From assembly GCA_030704615.1 (NCBI GenBank), contig CM060732.1, forward strand, positions 7,502,001 to 7,566,000: a stretch of 64,000 nucleotides of DNA, in the 5' to 3' direction. The notes beneath the pieces were generated by a model. It had not been told where the DNA came from and searched no databases. It saw only the letters and a program-made list of their open reading frames with translations. Both the position numbers and the translations under genes were made by a program. This stretch comes from Takakia lepidozioides (taxonomy: Eukaryota > Plantae > Bryophyta). This document shows positions 24,990 to 38,183 of the stretch, one piece after another. Position 1 is the stretch's first letter. Every line of letters starts with the position of its first letter.

Positions 24990-26947
24990 ATGTACAAAAA
25001 TCAGCTTCAAGAGCTCGCTCAGAGGAGCTGCTTCAACCTCCCTGCCTATGCATGCATCAGAGAAGGGCCTGACCATGCGCCACGCTTCAAGGCCACCGTG
25101 AACTTCAATGGGGAGGTTTTCGAGAGCCCTAATTACTGTAATACCTTACGGCAGGCTGAGCATGCTGCAGCAGAGGTGGCCCTTAACACATTATCTCGAA
25201 GAGGACCTTCACAGTCCCTGGCTTTTAGAATTCTTGTAAGTCGTCTACTTTCTAAGGCAGCTGGATGCCGTTTGTGTACGTCCTAGTATCTCTTGCTCTA
25301 TCGCTTGCGGTGTCGACAGGCTCAACGGTTGTGATGTGTGTGGATTGGTAGTTGAAGTTGTCAACGTGGGGATGCAGGATGAAACAGGGGTGTGCAAGAA
25401 CTTACTTCAGGAAACAGCACAAAGGGCAAGTGTGTCGTTACCTGTTTATACGACTACTCGATCAGGACCTGGACACTTGCCTGTCTTCACATGCTCGGTT
25501 GAGTTAGCAGGCATGACTTTTCCAGGAGAGGCAGCCAAAACTAAGAAGCAAGCTGAGAAGAACGCAGCCATGGCTGCCTGGTCCGCTCTCAAGCAATGTA
25601 AGCCCAAGCCCGTGACTTACTAGTCCTGCTAGTGGCCTGTTTGGGCTTTTTATTTAGGTCTTACCCCACGTCAATGACATGAGTTTGCTCCTTCATTTAC
25701 ACTTGCAAGTATCAACCTTTGCCCATGTATGTAGGTCCCTTTTAGTCAAGCTTGCTGATACGGGTATGAAACTGAAGGTGATCATATGGCTCCATTGTAC
25801 TGAGCCTTGTGAAATCAAAGGCTCAGCCTTGGAACCATACACACTCGTCAGTGGGTACCAGTCGTTTAGTGTTGATGGTCCCTGTACTTGGCTAGGCTTC
25901 CAAATATTGGCACGAAATGTAACAAGGGCTTCGACTTGCCCAACCTGTGTCGGGCATGTGCGATAGCGTGCCGGAATAAGTGTTTCTGTTTTTCTGCTGA
26001 TGATCTCTTATCCTCTCATACATGAAGCTGCAGTGGGATTGATTTTAAGTAAGCTCACATTGATTGATGTGGCAGTTGCGAATCAAGGCCGGTCCACGAC
26101 ACCAATGCTGGAGTCGGAAGTGAGTGAAGAGCAAGAGCAGAACACCATAGCACGGGCACTGGCCAGTGCTTATGGCAAGGAAGTGCCACCGTTGTGTCAA
26201 CCTGGACAGTCTCCTGTGGGGTCGTCCTTGCCAACACCGGCAGCCAGGATCAGAGTGGTGCCAATGAGGGAAGGAGGGCAGGGAACAGCAGGTGCCATGG
26301 GGCAGTATCATTCAGGGTCGTGGCTGCCTGATATGGCTGTTGATTCAGTGCAAGGGCAACGGTTTCTGCGGACTCAGCATCTTAGTACTGTCTCAAAGGC
26401 TGCACCAGGATGCAGGTCAATGGGTCCACCTCGTGCAAGTTCCTCAGTGACTTTGCGCGACGTGTCTGGGAGGTCGCGGGAAGCACTAACAGCCAGTAGG
26501 GCAGCAGCTGGTGGTATGGGTAGCATGAGCCGAGTGGCACCTGTCCAGTTGCGCAGTTTGCAACGCAGGGATCGGCATGAAGTGCCACTACCTCTGGACG
26601 AGCACCAGCGGGATGAGGATGAGTGGCTTCGGGGTGACACCCCCAAATCAAACACAGAGTCAGACAAGAGTAGTGACAGGAGTGAGACAGATCGGGGCTC
26701 TTCGATGCTACATGGCTCATATAATTCTATGGCGTGGTCAGCAGGCTCCTCACAGTGGTGGAGCATGCAGTCGTTGGCTATGACGAGGCTGCCAGCAGGC
26801 CAGGTCCCACCAGTGCGGGTGCGCCAAATGGTAACAGTCCATGCTGCACCGCCTCCTCGCCGCCCAGCACCAGCAGAAGATCCTGATAATGAGGCAAATG
26901 AGGGAGAGGCAGCAACACGCAAAGTACTCAGCCAGCTGAGCCTTTGA
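24990..26947 (+). CDS. DRB2: Double-stranded RNA-binding protein, DRB2/3/5 clade (2 dsRBMs plus disordered tail)
   Basis: Exons 24990-25235, 25378-25597, 26076-26947. MYKNQLQELAQRSCFNLP..GPDHAPRFKATV..AEHAAAEVAL and DETGVCKNLLQETAQR..KKQAEKNAAMAAW. An acceptor at 24985-24987 implies an upstream (UTR or short coding) exon. Confidence 0.95.
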
Positions 26948-29679
26948 AATTAAAGGGTGCCTCTGGTTTATGCATTGTGATATTTGGGGTATGCCTTAAA
27001 TTGGCATGACGTGCCATCTCTCTGGATGGATGGTCCACACGCTTTTTCTTCTGCTGGGGTGGATATCGCATCCTTTGAGATGGGAGTGTCTGAAGAGAAA
27101 GAACTCTCTTGGTAGGCATATATATATACTCTTTGTAGAGGGCACGTTCCATCCCATGGGATTGTTATTACGTACGCTGGGTTTTACTGCCAGTCTGGTT
27201 GGGAATCCCATGGGATGGCACGGTTCAAGGGCCTCCAGGATGTTAAAGTCTGCTATTCTCTATTTAGGTCATTGTTGATGTGATGATTTATGTTGTAGCA
27301 GGTTCTTTGTGAAATAAGATTCTTGTTATGCATCTTTTGTGCACTCACCCACTTTGAATGGTGACCCTGGTCTGTGACGTTTACTCTTAAGGTAGATGCA
27401 GCATCTTTCCTCTCTGGGACGCATGGAGAGGGGCTGCATTTTGCAGGTCACTTGTGGTCTGCTTGAGCAGCTGGTGACCATGCTCTTGAGCAACCCTGCG
27501 AACATGTCCTGGTTTGTTTGACATTTTCAGAAGGCTATGGAGCCCGCGGGGTTGTTTCTATAAGCAATGTTTGCTCTAAGTGTGGTTTTTTTCACGTGTC
27601 ATGTGGAGTTTGTCAGCAAGGCATCTGTTTGCTGAGTTTCATCTCTTTTTGGCTGTTCAGAGAATTCCGAGTTTACTTATGGTGGATGCCCTGTTTTTCA
27701 TTTAATGAATTGGAGGTTTTTGGTAATGTGGGGGCTTTCTTCGCTTTTCTACCCATGTCCTTGTTACTCTCAAGTGTCGGCAGTGTAGAAGCCAATGTAT
27801 TTTGAGTCTCAGTGAGATCTGCATGCATTGAAGGAGTGTTATGTACATTAAGGGGGGTGAGTCTGCAGGAGGGAATGTCAGCAAGTACCAGAGGTGGGGA
27901 GGTGGGAAAGTGTAGAGAGAGGGAATGGGGTTGGAATGTAGAGATGGGGCGTGGATTCCCTGTAGTGAGGTGGTCCAAGTTCTCTCTGAAACAGAATCAC
28001 AACAAGCACTAGATCGTAGGGGCACGAAGGGGATGGGCTTGGGCACATTGCCCACCCCGCACATGGCTGCAGTAGTGTAGTGTGGGGAAACTTTCTTTCC
28101 ACAACAGAGTTGAACTCTGGGAGGGGAAGAGGTAATGTAGAGCTACCTCAGGGTGTCTAGATGTGACCTTGGAAGATGTGACCTTGGATCACATCTTGTT
28201 ATTCCATTCTGGATCTTGAGTTCAGTGCTGTCAATGAAATTCCCTTTGCTGCAAAGATAACGTGATATGAGTCAATAAGAGTATTAGAGGGAGAAATATC
28301 GTCTGCTGAATGTGACATTTGCTCCTTTTGAGCATGTTAGAAACATCAGAAGCAGCAGAGTGGGATGGAAGAGGGAGGCAAGGATGGACGGAAGGAGGCA
28401 ATGGGTCTGTTGTTGACTTGGCCATGGGTGTTGCGGGGGGTGGTGTCGTTAGCCACCTACCGCGGGCGGGCCATAATGGGCCATGAAGGCGGCAAGGGCA
28501 GGACGGGTTTAAAGCCCACAGCACGTTGGCCCACGCGCCCCAATCAAAGCCCCTCTTACTTAGGGCCCACTTTCCCTTCCTTCAACTCCACTGATCCTCA
28601 CCATACCACAGTAATAAGCTCGTGAGGGATATGGGTCTTCTCATTTGTTGAGGTGGGCGCAATCAGGGCTTTGACACGAGGTGACCTTCCCCTGTTCCAT
28701 GGAGTTGTTTATTATCTCTTCACATTCATTGCCCGGGTGCCCCATGTGCTGATTCATTGAACTGAAGCTTCTCTCTCTCTACTGCTCAATCAATGCAACT
28801 ATTTAAATACACCAAGTGAGTCACATGCGTACTAGTGCTAAACTTGGATGACTGGTGTTGTATGTGCAAACATTAGTACCTGCAGCCTTCAAGTCTCATT
28901 ATTTGTTTACTCTCCTCTTTGCTTCTCAATTAATCAACTTGACAACTTGTTACACCAAATGAAGTGACCCCAACTTCCAAGCGTACTAATTCAGGTAACT
29001 TGTTGTGTGATTAAATACCCCACAAGTGCTTCAAGCTTCACATCAGTGCATTTAATTTCTGATTTAGGAATGCGATCGGTACACTTGATTTGCAATTGGC
29101 TGTCAGATTTTTTATTTTTCTTTTTATTGCTGACATCCAGGCTCTTGGATGACTTGACAAGTTGTTTTCTAGCCTCTCATGTGTCCCAAAGCAAACAGGT
29201 AACTTACCCCTACTCCAAATGAAGATGGAGGTGGTTGTGACACCCAGTTGTTGGGTTGGCTATCATCAACTAAGTTATTTGGGACCAATTTCATTTTGCT
29301 ATCCCAATATTTTGTGAACTTTGTGACAGACATTAGAAAGGACAGGCCTCACTTTGTATGATGGCCGATACCGGGCCATTTATGTATGCCTGCAGTCAGG
29401 CAGGCCCAGAGAGGTGTTAGTGGACACGAAGTCATCACCAAACATTAAGACCTTTCCACTAGGAACGGTAGATGAGAACTGGGTACCGCCCAGTAGTTAT
29501 AGCTTTTGATGAAGACTGTGGGTGAAGTTGGCTATATTTACTGACAATGAAGGTTAGGCTAGTTGAGTTCGAGACATTCATCATCCCTCACAAGTCAAAA
29601 ACAGGAAAGGCTCCCAGAGCATACAGCTGATTAGCAGAGATTAGCATGTTTTCTGTTCATCCGGACTCGATCCGCCAAT

Positions 29680-30454
29680 TGTAGTAGGTACTAGGGTAGC
29701 CTGTGCCGTTGGCCCAAGTGTCCAGTGCCATCTAAGCTCAAGTTGCAAGACTGTGTCTCCTATGTAGAGGCCCAAGTGCCACCTCTAGGGTAGCCTCTGC
29801 CATTGGCCTATGTGTGAAGAATTGAAAATCTAAGACCAAGTACAATTTCCTATGTATCCAAGTGCGTCTCCTATGTAGAGGCCCAAGTGCGAAATTTAGT
29901 TGAATTTTCACAACCAAAATTGTTCATATTTCTATAAGTTGATATCTAGGGTAGCATGTGCCGTTGGCCCAAATGTCCAATGTCATCTAAGTCCAAGCAC
30001 AATCTCCTATGGCCCATGTGCGAAGAATTGAAATCGATATACTAAAATGAAGTTGGATGTTTGTTTAGTTACAAAGAATGTGTGGTACATGAATGAACTA
30101 ATTTGAGTAGTAATATATGCAATCCCCTATGTATCCAAGTTCGGCTCCCATCGAGGCTTCATATATTGAGATATATATCCCAGGAAAGCCCACTTTTCTA
30201 ATTTCCAACGACCAGAAGCACTTGAAATTCCAAATCTCCAAAATGAAGGGCCAATCAGTGCTCTAGGAAAGCCCACTTTGCCATTTTCGCGAATTTCCAG
30301 TGACCAAAAGTACTTGAAATTCCATATCTCCCCACCGTAGGTCCAAAAATCATGAGACCAAGCCGGTGCACCCCTCCTCACCGAGGGTTTTCCAAAGGGC
30401 ACCAAGCACCAGGGCTAGGGTCATGCGGTTTGGGGAGATCTCAACGACGCTACA
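29680..30454. mobile_element. Solo-LTR-like repeat-rich segment
   Basis: Begins TGTAG and ends CTACA. Internal repeats: ctagggtagc..tgcc.ttggcc (x3), tctcctatgtagaggcccaagtgc (x2), aggaaagcccacttt...acttgaaattcca (x2). No matching TSD. Confidence 0.4.
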
Positions 30455-30543
30455 AAACAAAACTGAATAAACAAAACAAACAAACTGGCTTCCTTGGTAA
30501 GGTGGACACATTGCCGAAGCAAGCGTAACTTATGGTGTCAGAG

Positions 30544-30658
30544 ACCCAAAAGGGCTACTGCCTTCCTGGTAGGAAGGTGGATACCTACCTTTGTAACAAC
30601 CATGGGTGGTTTGAACCCACAACCACTCATAAGAGGGTATGCCCTTACCACTAGGCTT
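30544..30658 (-). mobile_element. tRNA-derived SINE
   Basis: Minus strand gcctagtggtaagggc (A box) ... ggttgtgggttcaaacc (B box), then a 3' body containing a ccttcc-loop-ggaagg hairpin. The body recurs at 40701-40735, 51668-51701 and 52895-52971. Confidence 0.7.
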
Positions 30659-31151
30659 TTCGGTTGTTGATGCTTCCTTCATATATTTGATGTGGTGTAA
30701 GAAGGTGATCTAAAATTTGAGCTGACATGCTTGGCTGATGGATACAACATCCCTATTTATGGGCTCCTCTTTGCTATGCATCAGTGTTGCACCTGCCCAA
30801 CTTAGTAACTCCTCCTTCCCTTCCATAAGTGATGAAAAATTTAACAAAGTAACCATGGGAGAGGACAAAATTATGTTACAAGCCTGGGGGCATAAGTGTA
30901 TAATTGTAGGAGTGTTTTAATGAATTATGTATGATGGTAGGTATCTCTATTCACGAAGGAGGCCCAATCCATTACGCAATGAGCCGCTTGTTAGCATAAA
31001 CATGAACATTTAATGGTGAGTATCCCACCCAAAAACCCATGTGACGATCAGCTCAATGAACCTCTTTTCCTTTTTTATTTTACTCTCAAAAGGGAACACC
31101 AACCGGAAGATAATAGGAGTAATGTAAGAACTTAATGCACACATGCAACAT

Positions 31152-31609
31152 CTGACAGGATGGTATGCCGGTTTTCGGCATGTCAAATCTTCCCCACCCT
31201 CTCTTGAGAGTGACATGGAACTGAAGGAGTTCAGACGGGGTTACAGGTGTGTAACTCCACTAGGGGTTACACAGAATGGATTGTAACTCCACTCAGTGTA
31301 ACTCACACTTGGTCTCGAAACTTGACTAAGTATAAAATGGACTAACCAGAGTTATATGAGAGACAAGCGTTAGAGAGGGTTACACCCATTGCAGTTACTA
31401 CCTGGTTACATGCAAGAGCCTCCCATCAAGAATCGGACCCGCAACCTCGCCACCTGCAATGCTATCGCCTTACCGTCATGCTATCCATTGCAGCATGAAA
31501 CCCACTGGGATTCTTAAGTATTTAACAGTGAAACCGAGGTAAGATGGGGTGGGGAGGATTTGACAGGGGGAGCCCAGGCTGCGGGGAGCCGGCGATAGTA
31601 CCGTCAGAT
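31152..31609. mobile_element. TIR-bounded non-autonomous element with nested repeats
   Basis: tctgac..gccgg..tgtcaaatcttccccaccctctctt (31152-31205) is inverted relative to aagatggggtggggaggatttgaca..ccggc..gtcaga (31541-31609). Interior has repeated GTTAC/GTAAC motifs. Confidence 0.55.
31424..31490 (-). mobile_element. Degenerate tRNA-like SINE head
   Basis: Minus strand tagcatgacggtaaggcg (A-box-like) ... ttgca ... gaggttgcgggtccgattc (B-box-like). The stems do not close into a functional cloverleaf. Confidence 0.45.
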
Positions 31610-31974
31610 CCACTAAGTTCTTACATTATTCCTATTGTCTTCCACACCAACCTTGTGTTTGCCTTTCCGGCTTTTGAGGGTTTTTATTGGCTCCTCCTGT
31701 TCCCTTCAGTTCTATCACATTAAGTTCCATAATATTCAGTTCTCTTCAGATTTATCCCTTCACTTCCATCACATTCAAATCCCTTATATATTCAGTTCCA
31801 TCACATTCAGTCCATTTCAGTTCTATCCTTTCGAATTTTACAAGGCATGTTGATCAGGAAACATAGGGATTATGTCTAAGAGCAAGCAAGAAAAGAGTGG
31901 TCTTGAACAAGTGCGGCAAGGCTGTTCTTCCACTGTTACCACCTTTAACACTTCACAGCAGTAGTCGCTCTATC

Positions 31975-34900
31975 TCATTGCCTGTGCACACTAGGACATA
32001 ACTGTCTTCCGCCCAGTAAGCTTGAAAAATTTCTTTGTAGGCGTAAGACTGCATCTCTCAAGTTTGATGTCACCTCCAAGATGCTTCTTGGAGCAGCAGT
32101 ACACAAGAAAAAAGTACTAGCAACAGAAATAGAACTAAAGGACTGGCCTTCGAAGTGATGACTGCCACCTGCCTCTCTGCGTGCAACTAACGATGGCATG
32201 TCTTTTCCAGATGCCGGCACAGTATTTTGGTTGTTCGCTTGGAAGTGTACTGCTGAATTACAAGAATAAAAATCCAATGTTTCAACCTCTTGCTGTGCAC
32301 TTGAGCTAGCCAGACCGCCTGTTGGATACCCCTTTCTTCCCGCTCTTCCTGTAGCTTCCAACATCTTCACAGCCTCCCAGTTGTTCATGGCCGCATATTC
32401 ACTCAGAGGTTCAGGCTTTTCTGTGGAAGACAAAAATATAGACTTCCCACCAAGCACAGTTGCTCTTTTCCGTCTGATAGCAGCATCCAAAAGGATATCT
32501 TTATTTTGCTGCTTGGTTGCGAGGTTTCTGCGAACGGTTCTGCGGTGCAGCTTCACAATGTCACCTGTAGCTCTAACAATGCGCCTTCCCCCCTTCTTCT
32601 GACCCCAACTTCTGACCATGAATGTTTCAGGTCTATTAGGGAATGCCACCTTGGCAGGTACGTGATCATATAATTCAAGCTGGTCATAGGGGAGCGCCTC
32701 CTCTGGGTGCACCCGAGTGCCTTTAGCTTTAAAAGGGTGCCTCGTATCCTTGTGCATGCTCGCAGATGATGAAAATAAGTTGGACGCATCAGCCAAAATT
32801 CGCAGAAATGGCAGGAGAGATGCTTGTTTGTTCCTTTCTCCTGCCCTGGTCTGCACCAATCCCACCCACAGTGTCCTCACTCTTTCTTCCCCTACAAAAC
32901 CTTGGAGTAATTGCGATACTACTTGTTGCTCCCTACCCAGTGCAGGGTAAATTGATAGACATTACATTGCAGTTGGAAATACCCCCTGATTTCCCAGGGT
33001 GTGTTTGCTGATGGTTAACTGCATGTACCCATATCTAGGTGGAAACCCTAGTTACTCCGTTGGTCCCATTTAACGAAAGGTCGACAAGAGTCCTTACCGG
33101 ACCAAATAAAGATGAGTAGCAGAAGATAGAGAAGTGGCCAAATTTTTGCAATGCAAGTGCCAGCTGTTGCTGATGGAGCCAGCTGTCCCCAAATTCAACA
33201 CTGGTTCCCATAATAATTGCTGGTGCTGGTAAGCGAGCCCACCCCTCCTCCCTCACATCCTCCTTCACCAACTGTACAGGAGCCCTCCGTTGCCCATGTC
33301 TGCTCCTCTGTCTGTCCCTGTGACACAACACACCAACCTCTTTGTCAAGATAAGTCTGCAACATGTTTGCTCACACAATGCAATCATTATGTCGCACACT
33401 AAGCAGAGGGAATCAGGAAAGCTCTCTGTATCAGCATAGAGCCATGTATTTGCCCACACCTCCTGTTCTTCTTCATTTTCAACAGAATAACTAAAATGGA
33501 CTGCTCCTGCCTAAACTAAACCGTCCAAATCATGTGGTCGTAGCCAAACAGAGAGAGAAGTCCTTGAAGAATTCGAACAGGTGAGTGTCTACTTGCACCA
33601 ATGGGCACTAGTGTCAATCAAATTCTTCATCTGACAAGTCATTGCAGTATTTCTACAGTAGAATAAGCAACAGGGGGGGAAAAGTCAGTGCCAAGCAATT
33701 TGCCTGTGAGTCTTTGTGTTGAAAGGGGGACAGGTGTTTCTGTCCGCATCATTTCTCCAATCACACTCCACACGCCTCCGGAAAGTTTTGTGACAGCCAG
33801 TGTAATTCATAGGAACCACAGCGTCTAGCAGCCTCTCTTTCCACCATTGCTCAACGTCCTACATCCGTCATAATGTGTCTGGTCAAAACTCCTTCTCAGG
33901 CTTGCATCTCTATCTGTAAGAGCACTACCACACATACTGAAAACCTGCTAGTTAGGAATGCTCATCAGTCTCCACAAAGTTTAGTCATCTCACTTCCATC
34001 CACTTTCCTACAACTACCACTATTTCAGAGGAATACCACCCACTTTCCTAAAATGTATGAGAACATGTCATCATCAGGTCAAAAACTTCCAGCCTGCACA
34101 TATACAGAATCTTTTTGGATGCTGAAGCAGGAGGAACAGGGAAGAGGAAACCAACTTGAAATTTTCTTAGAGCTTGATTTCGCTCAGCACCAACTGCGGC
34201 AGTGAGGACCAGCTGGGGGCGCAAGGACTTAGCAGTACGCCGAATGTCACGCAGCAGCGCTGTAACACAATCACACCGCCACTGGTCCCATACCTCACGG
34301 TTGTCATCAGGAGCCAATCCAGTGTCCACCTGGTAAAGCTCCATTGTCCTCTGAAATGCACACCCCCATCCCACCATGCTGTAGCCTCTGCAATATGTAG
34401 CTCAAAATTATGAGATGATTAGAATTTGGTACTATCACAAACATACACACTAAAAAATGCTGTCAGCACCATCCTGACTCCAGGTAGGCCCTGTCTGCAG
34501 TTGGAGATGATGCTCAATCAATGGAGGCCTCAGTATGAAGAGGGGGCTCGATGGGTGACCTGCAAACTGCAACAGCAAAAGATACCTGAGCTTTCGCACC
34601 TTGTCCCTGGGGTACTGATGGCCATGCACAACAGGGTGCTCATTTGGAAACCGGATGTAGTCAAGATGCAACCCATCAACCTCATAGCCTGACACGATCT
34701 CCCGACAAACGCCCACAATGTGCTTTCTTGCTTCAGGCAAACATGGATTTATGCTGACATAGAATCCCCTGTTTAGTGGCTGCAGGAGCATAATCCACAT
34801 CCCATCAGTGGTCCAACCACAAACCAAGCTACAGATAACTCCAACAGCGACACAAATTTGTCTAGCATCGTGCGAAACAACAGAAGGGGTGATCCATGCT

Positions 34901-36339
34901 ACCACATTTGAGTTAGAACAGGCAGAACCTGGCGGACACCACGGTGATCGTACCAGCTCCACTCTGGACGACGCCAGTACATGTGGTTTGGGTTTGTTGG
35001 GGGATGTGATCCCCTCCACAAGGGCATCACTGTCATCAACCTTCCTCAATTCAGAATGCGTGCCCCCCTAGCTCGCAAGCTTATGAAACAATGTTTGAAA
35101 AGACATTGTAATCGCATGGGAATGAATGATTGCGTCCTGATGTTACGAGAGCCTTGATGTTGCAGTGCTAACAAACAACTGTAATTCCTTCCCATCAATC
35201 ACTTATTGCTTAGAAAAAGAGTTCTAAACCTCAAGGCTTCACCACAGACAGCAAGGCTGACAGTTTTACACCACCGAAGAGCCGTTCATTCACAATGAGC
35301 AGAGACAGCTTTGAATACCCTCAGCTAGCAGGCATGCATTCCCCTATCCTATCATTCTTTACGAACGTGTTGCTACATATCAAGACCCCGTTATGCGACC
35401 GTAGCCTTGTAAAGTTGCATAACTCTCAATGGATCAGAAATAGGGATGAAGATATAAACTCTGAGGGTCGTTCATTCACCCCTGCCATACTCGTCCAAAC
35501 CTGATTTTGTTTCAAATGACCAAGGTTCCAACAGATAGCCAGGGTGGCACCCAGGCGACACTCTAAGTGCTCACAGCTATGTTGGAGGTTCAGGTTGAAG
35601 GGCCACCCAGCCACGCAAAATGTCTCTGAGTTTGATTACCTTGATGATCACAATAAGCCCCCTAGCATTGGATTGCAAGCTCTGCTCAGAGTCATCCTTC
35701 ATATGTCCTACACGCCCCCAAGAAAGTAAAGACAGTTACCGTTTATCCATGCGTGCAGGGCCATGTTGTGTGCATGAGCTTCACCAATAGCAAGTCGAAG
35801 TGGGTCAAATCCTGGGTTCTTCCACCCATAACATTCACTCCACGGCTCCGACTTTGATTCATAGTAAGTGCTTCCATTCCCCCGCACCTGCTAACCAACG
35901 GCGTCTTCCCCTTAGTGAAAACCTTGGCTTCTCAGAAGAATCAAAGTGCAATCACTCAAGCGAAGGAATAAATGCCTCCTAATCATACATTTGCACATGC
36001 TACTCCGACTCAGGCAGAGATTGCGGACCTACGACCTGGAAAAAGACAGTATTAAAGCCCGCTTGCGCCGAGCGCTTCATAACGTTCGCAATGTCGGCAT
36101 CAGTGTGGAAATCATAGCGCGTCAGCCACACTGCTCTTACTTGATCCCCGTACCTCTGCACCATTCCCATAATTCCTCCCCTTCAATAACCCTACGACCT
36201 CAGTTTGATCTGGCCTCAATGCAGTTACACTTGAGATCAACAAATTGCAAGGAAAAATCCCGTCGAGACTCCGCCTGAAGGAGCACTTCTGCGGACTCCA
36301 TCGATAACCAAACTTCTCTAATCCAGTCCTCAAGGACAT
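31975..36339 (-). CDS. Glycoside hydrolase-like family 10 (GHL10 / DUF187, YddW/DigH-like) protein with long C-terminal extension
   Basis: Well-supported exons 36155-36036, 35887-35740, 35029-34929, 34779-34600, 34350-34156, 33858-~33704, 33355-33098, 32850-31975. They give VRAVWLTRYD..AGFNTVFFQVRGNG..YES..EPW..PGFDPL..EAH..LHAWINV..RPEW..INPCLPEAR..YEVDGLHLDYIRFP..WDQWR..LLDAVVPMNY..FSIFCYSSL. The first exon (36339-36229) and a small exon near 33459-33505 (needs a GC donor) are tentative. Confidence 0.88.
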
Positions 36340-37643
36340 TATTGACCACCGATCAACAAGTACTTGTATAGATCCCAAAACCCATCCATTATACAGCGCT
36401 ACTACTACAGACAGATTGTGGTGAAGGGAAATAACCAGGGACCCACCAGATTAGGAAGTCGGCCCTCCCGGCGAAACGCAGGATCTTCACCCTCCACGGG
36501 TGACAACAGCGCCGGACACAGGGTGGAGGTCGTGGATCTCAAAGGCTGGGCAGAAGGCTCCATGGCTCCAAAGTGCAATCAATCGAGCGAAGGAATACTG
36601 CACATCATGACACCAAATTGCTGACTTCCTGCAGATTGCAATCAAACCAGCGTTGTGGAAGCGCATAAATCTTTTCCACAACTCTGTTTCTTCAGCAATT
36701 ACTTTGAAAACATCAGCCTCAGGTGCACGCATGCAAAACGACGGCAATCAAGAAGGGGCATGGAAACACGCCATCTTGATTGAGGTGGGTTGCAACCCAA
36801 CCCACTGATGCAACCTATCTCTACTCACTGCAATGAGAAGACCCGGTTTCCACACCTTAGGGCCCCCATAGCTAAAAGACTGTGTCTAGATCCCACACTA
36901 GTACTCTGAAGCTTGAGCGAGGACATGCTCATCCAGCTTGCAGATTCGCAAGCGACAAAGATACTAATTTTAGCAGAGATTGCGTGCACTGCGTTCTTTA
37001 GATTTCCGATGAGGTGTACATATCCACTCAAGTTCAAGAAAAAGGGAAAGGTTGAAGAATCTTTGCGGACCCTGTGGATTTGGGGGCTGGCATCCCCGCT
37101 CTAATCGTTTGCATACCAAGCCTCATTATTGCGATAACATTGTTTACCTCTCCACGAATCTTCGCATCCAGACAATCGATAGTTCCGATCTGATGGGGTG
37201 GATCTGAGAATCGGTTGGATAGTCTCTGGTTCGTTGACATTGGGGATCTTGTGCATGTGGGTGTGGGGTTCAACCCCAGGTGGTCTCGTCTCATCTGCCT
37301 TGGGGGCTGGGCTGGGGCTCTGTCCCCCCTCAATGCCCAAAACAGAAACAATCAAAAGGGGAAAAAATCTCACAATTTCCAACACTTTTCTAGTAGGCAC
37401 CCAAGTAAATTTTCTTCTGTGTTGGAGGTGAGAATGAACGTCATGATCATCACAATGAAAGCCTTTTCCAGGGGTGGGTTCCGCATACCTAAGGGATTTT
37501 GCCTGCCTAATATGGAGTATTTCCCGGAGGATTAAAAAGCAGAAATCTACGCCTCATGCCACTAGCACATTATGCCAGTTGCACTAGCATAATGTGTTTG
37601 ATTAGGACTGGCAGCCAATGAGAGGGCGGCAGACTCAATCCTT

Positions 37644-37750
37644 TACGTACTGGAATGGGCCGCCACATGCCATTATGGCGGTTTCGGCGGCCGCTCGCCA
37701 CCACCTTGCCCCCCACAATGTCATATGGCGGCCCATTCCATAGTATGTAA
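37644..37750. mobile_element. MITE-like foldback (~105 bp)
   Basis: tggaatgggccgccacatgccatt vs aatgtcatatggcggcccattcca (22/24 inverted), with TA-containing flanks. Confidence 0.7.
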
Positions 37751-38183
37751 GAGCCTGCTCTAGATTTTCCTATGTATTTTTTAGGGCATTTTGAAGCAGA
37801 ACTCCCCAGGATGCACAAGTGGCATGGAACCAGTCGTGCCACTGGGGGCGGGAGCGTTGGAACGGGTGGTTCCATTTCTGGAACCTCGTTGCCAGAGGGA
37901 GATTAGTGGAACGCAATCTTGTCCCTTGGATGACATATCATCTAGGGTTGATGTGAAGCCAGCTAGTCAAAGGGTGGAACCATGTGAGCAAATTTTTACG
38001 CAGCAAAATGTTCCTGCCCACGGACTTTCCGCTATACGTAAAGAACTAGGGCTGATATCTGTATATTATACAGCTTAACAGCCAGCCACACAAGTACTAG
38101 TGAGTGTAATGCACACCTGCGATATTTCTTTATCTTTCCCTCCAAGATGAAAAGATAAAGAAATCATCCCATTTCTTTATCCA

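Noticed and set aside
24152-24997. Proline-rich minus-strand ORFs (281 and 208 aa) resembling extensin or formin
   Set aside because: Poly-Pro is just the complement of the poly-G tract; several frames are open because of high GC; no domain.
26374-26922. 182-aa antisense ORF
   Set aside because: Shadow of DRB exon 3.
29690-30330. Interspersed repeats as a CRISPR-like array
   Set aside because: Units are degenerate, irregularly spaced and mosaic; eukaryotic context and no cas genes.
1-36339. KDSA plus GHL10 as a bacterial cell-envelope gene cluster or contamination
   Set aside because: KDSA is a standard plant gene (Kdo for rhamnogalacturonan II). Both genes have spliceosomal introns and are separated by ORC4 and DRB.
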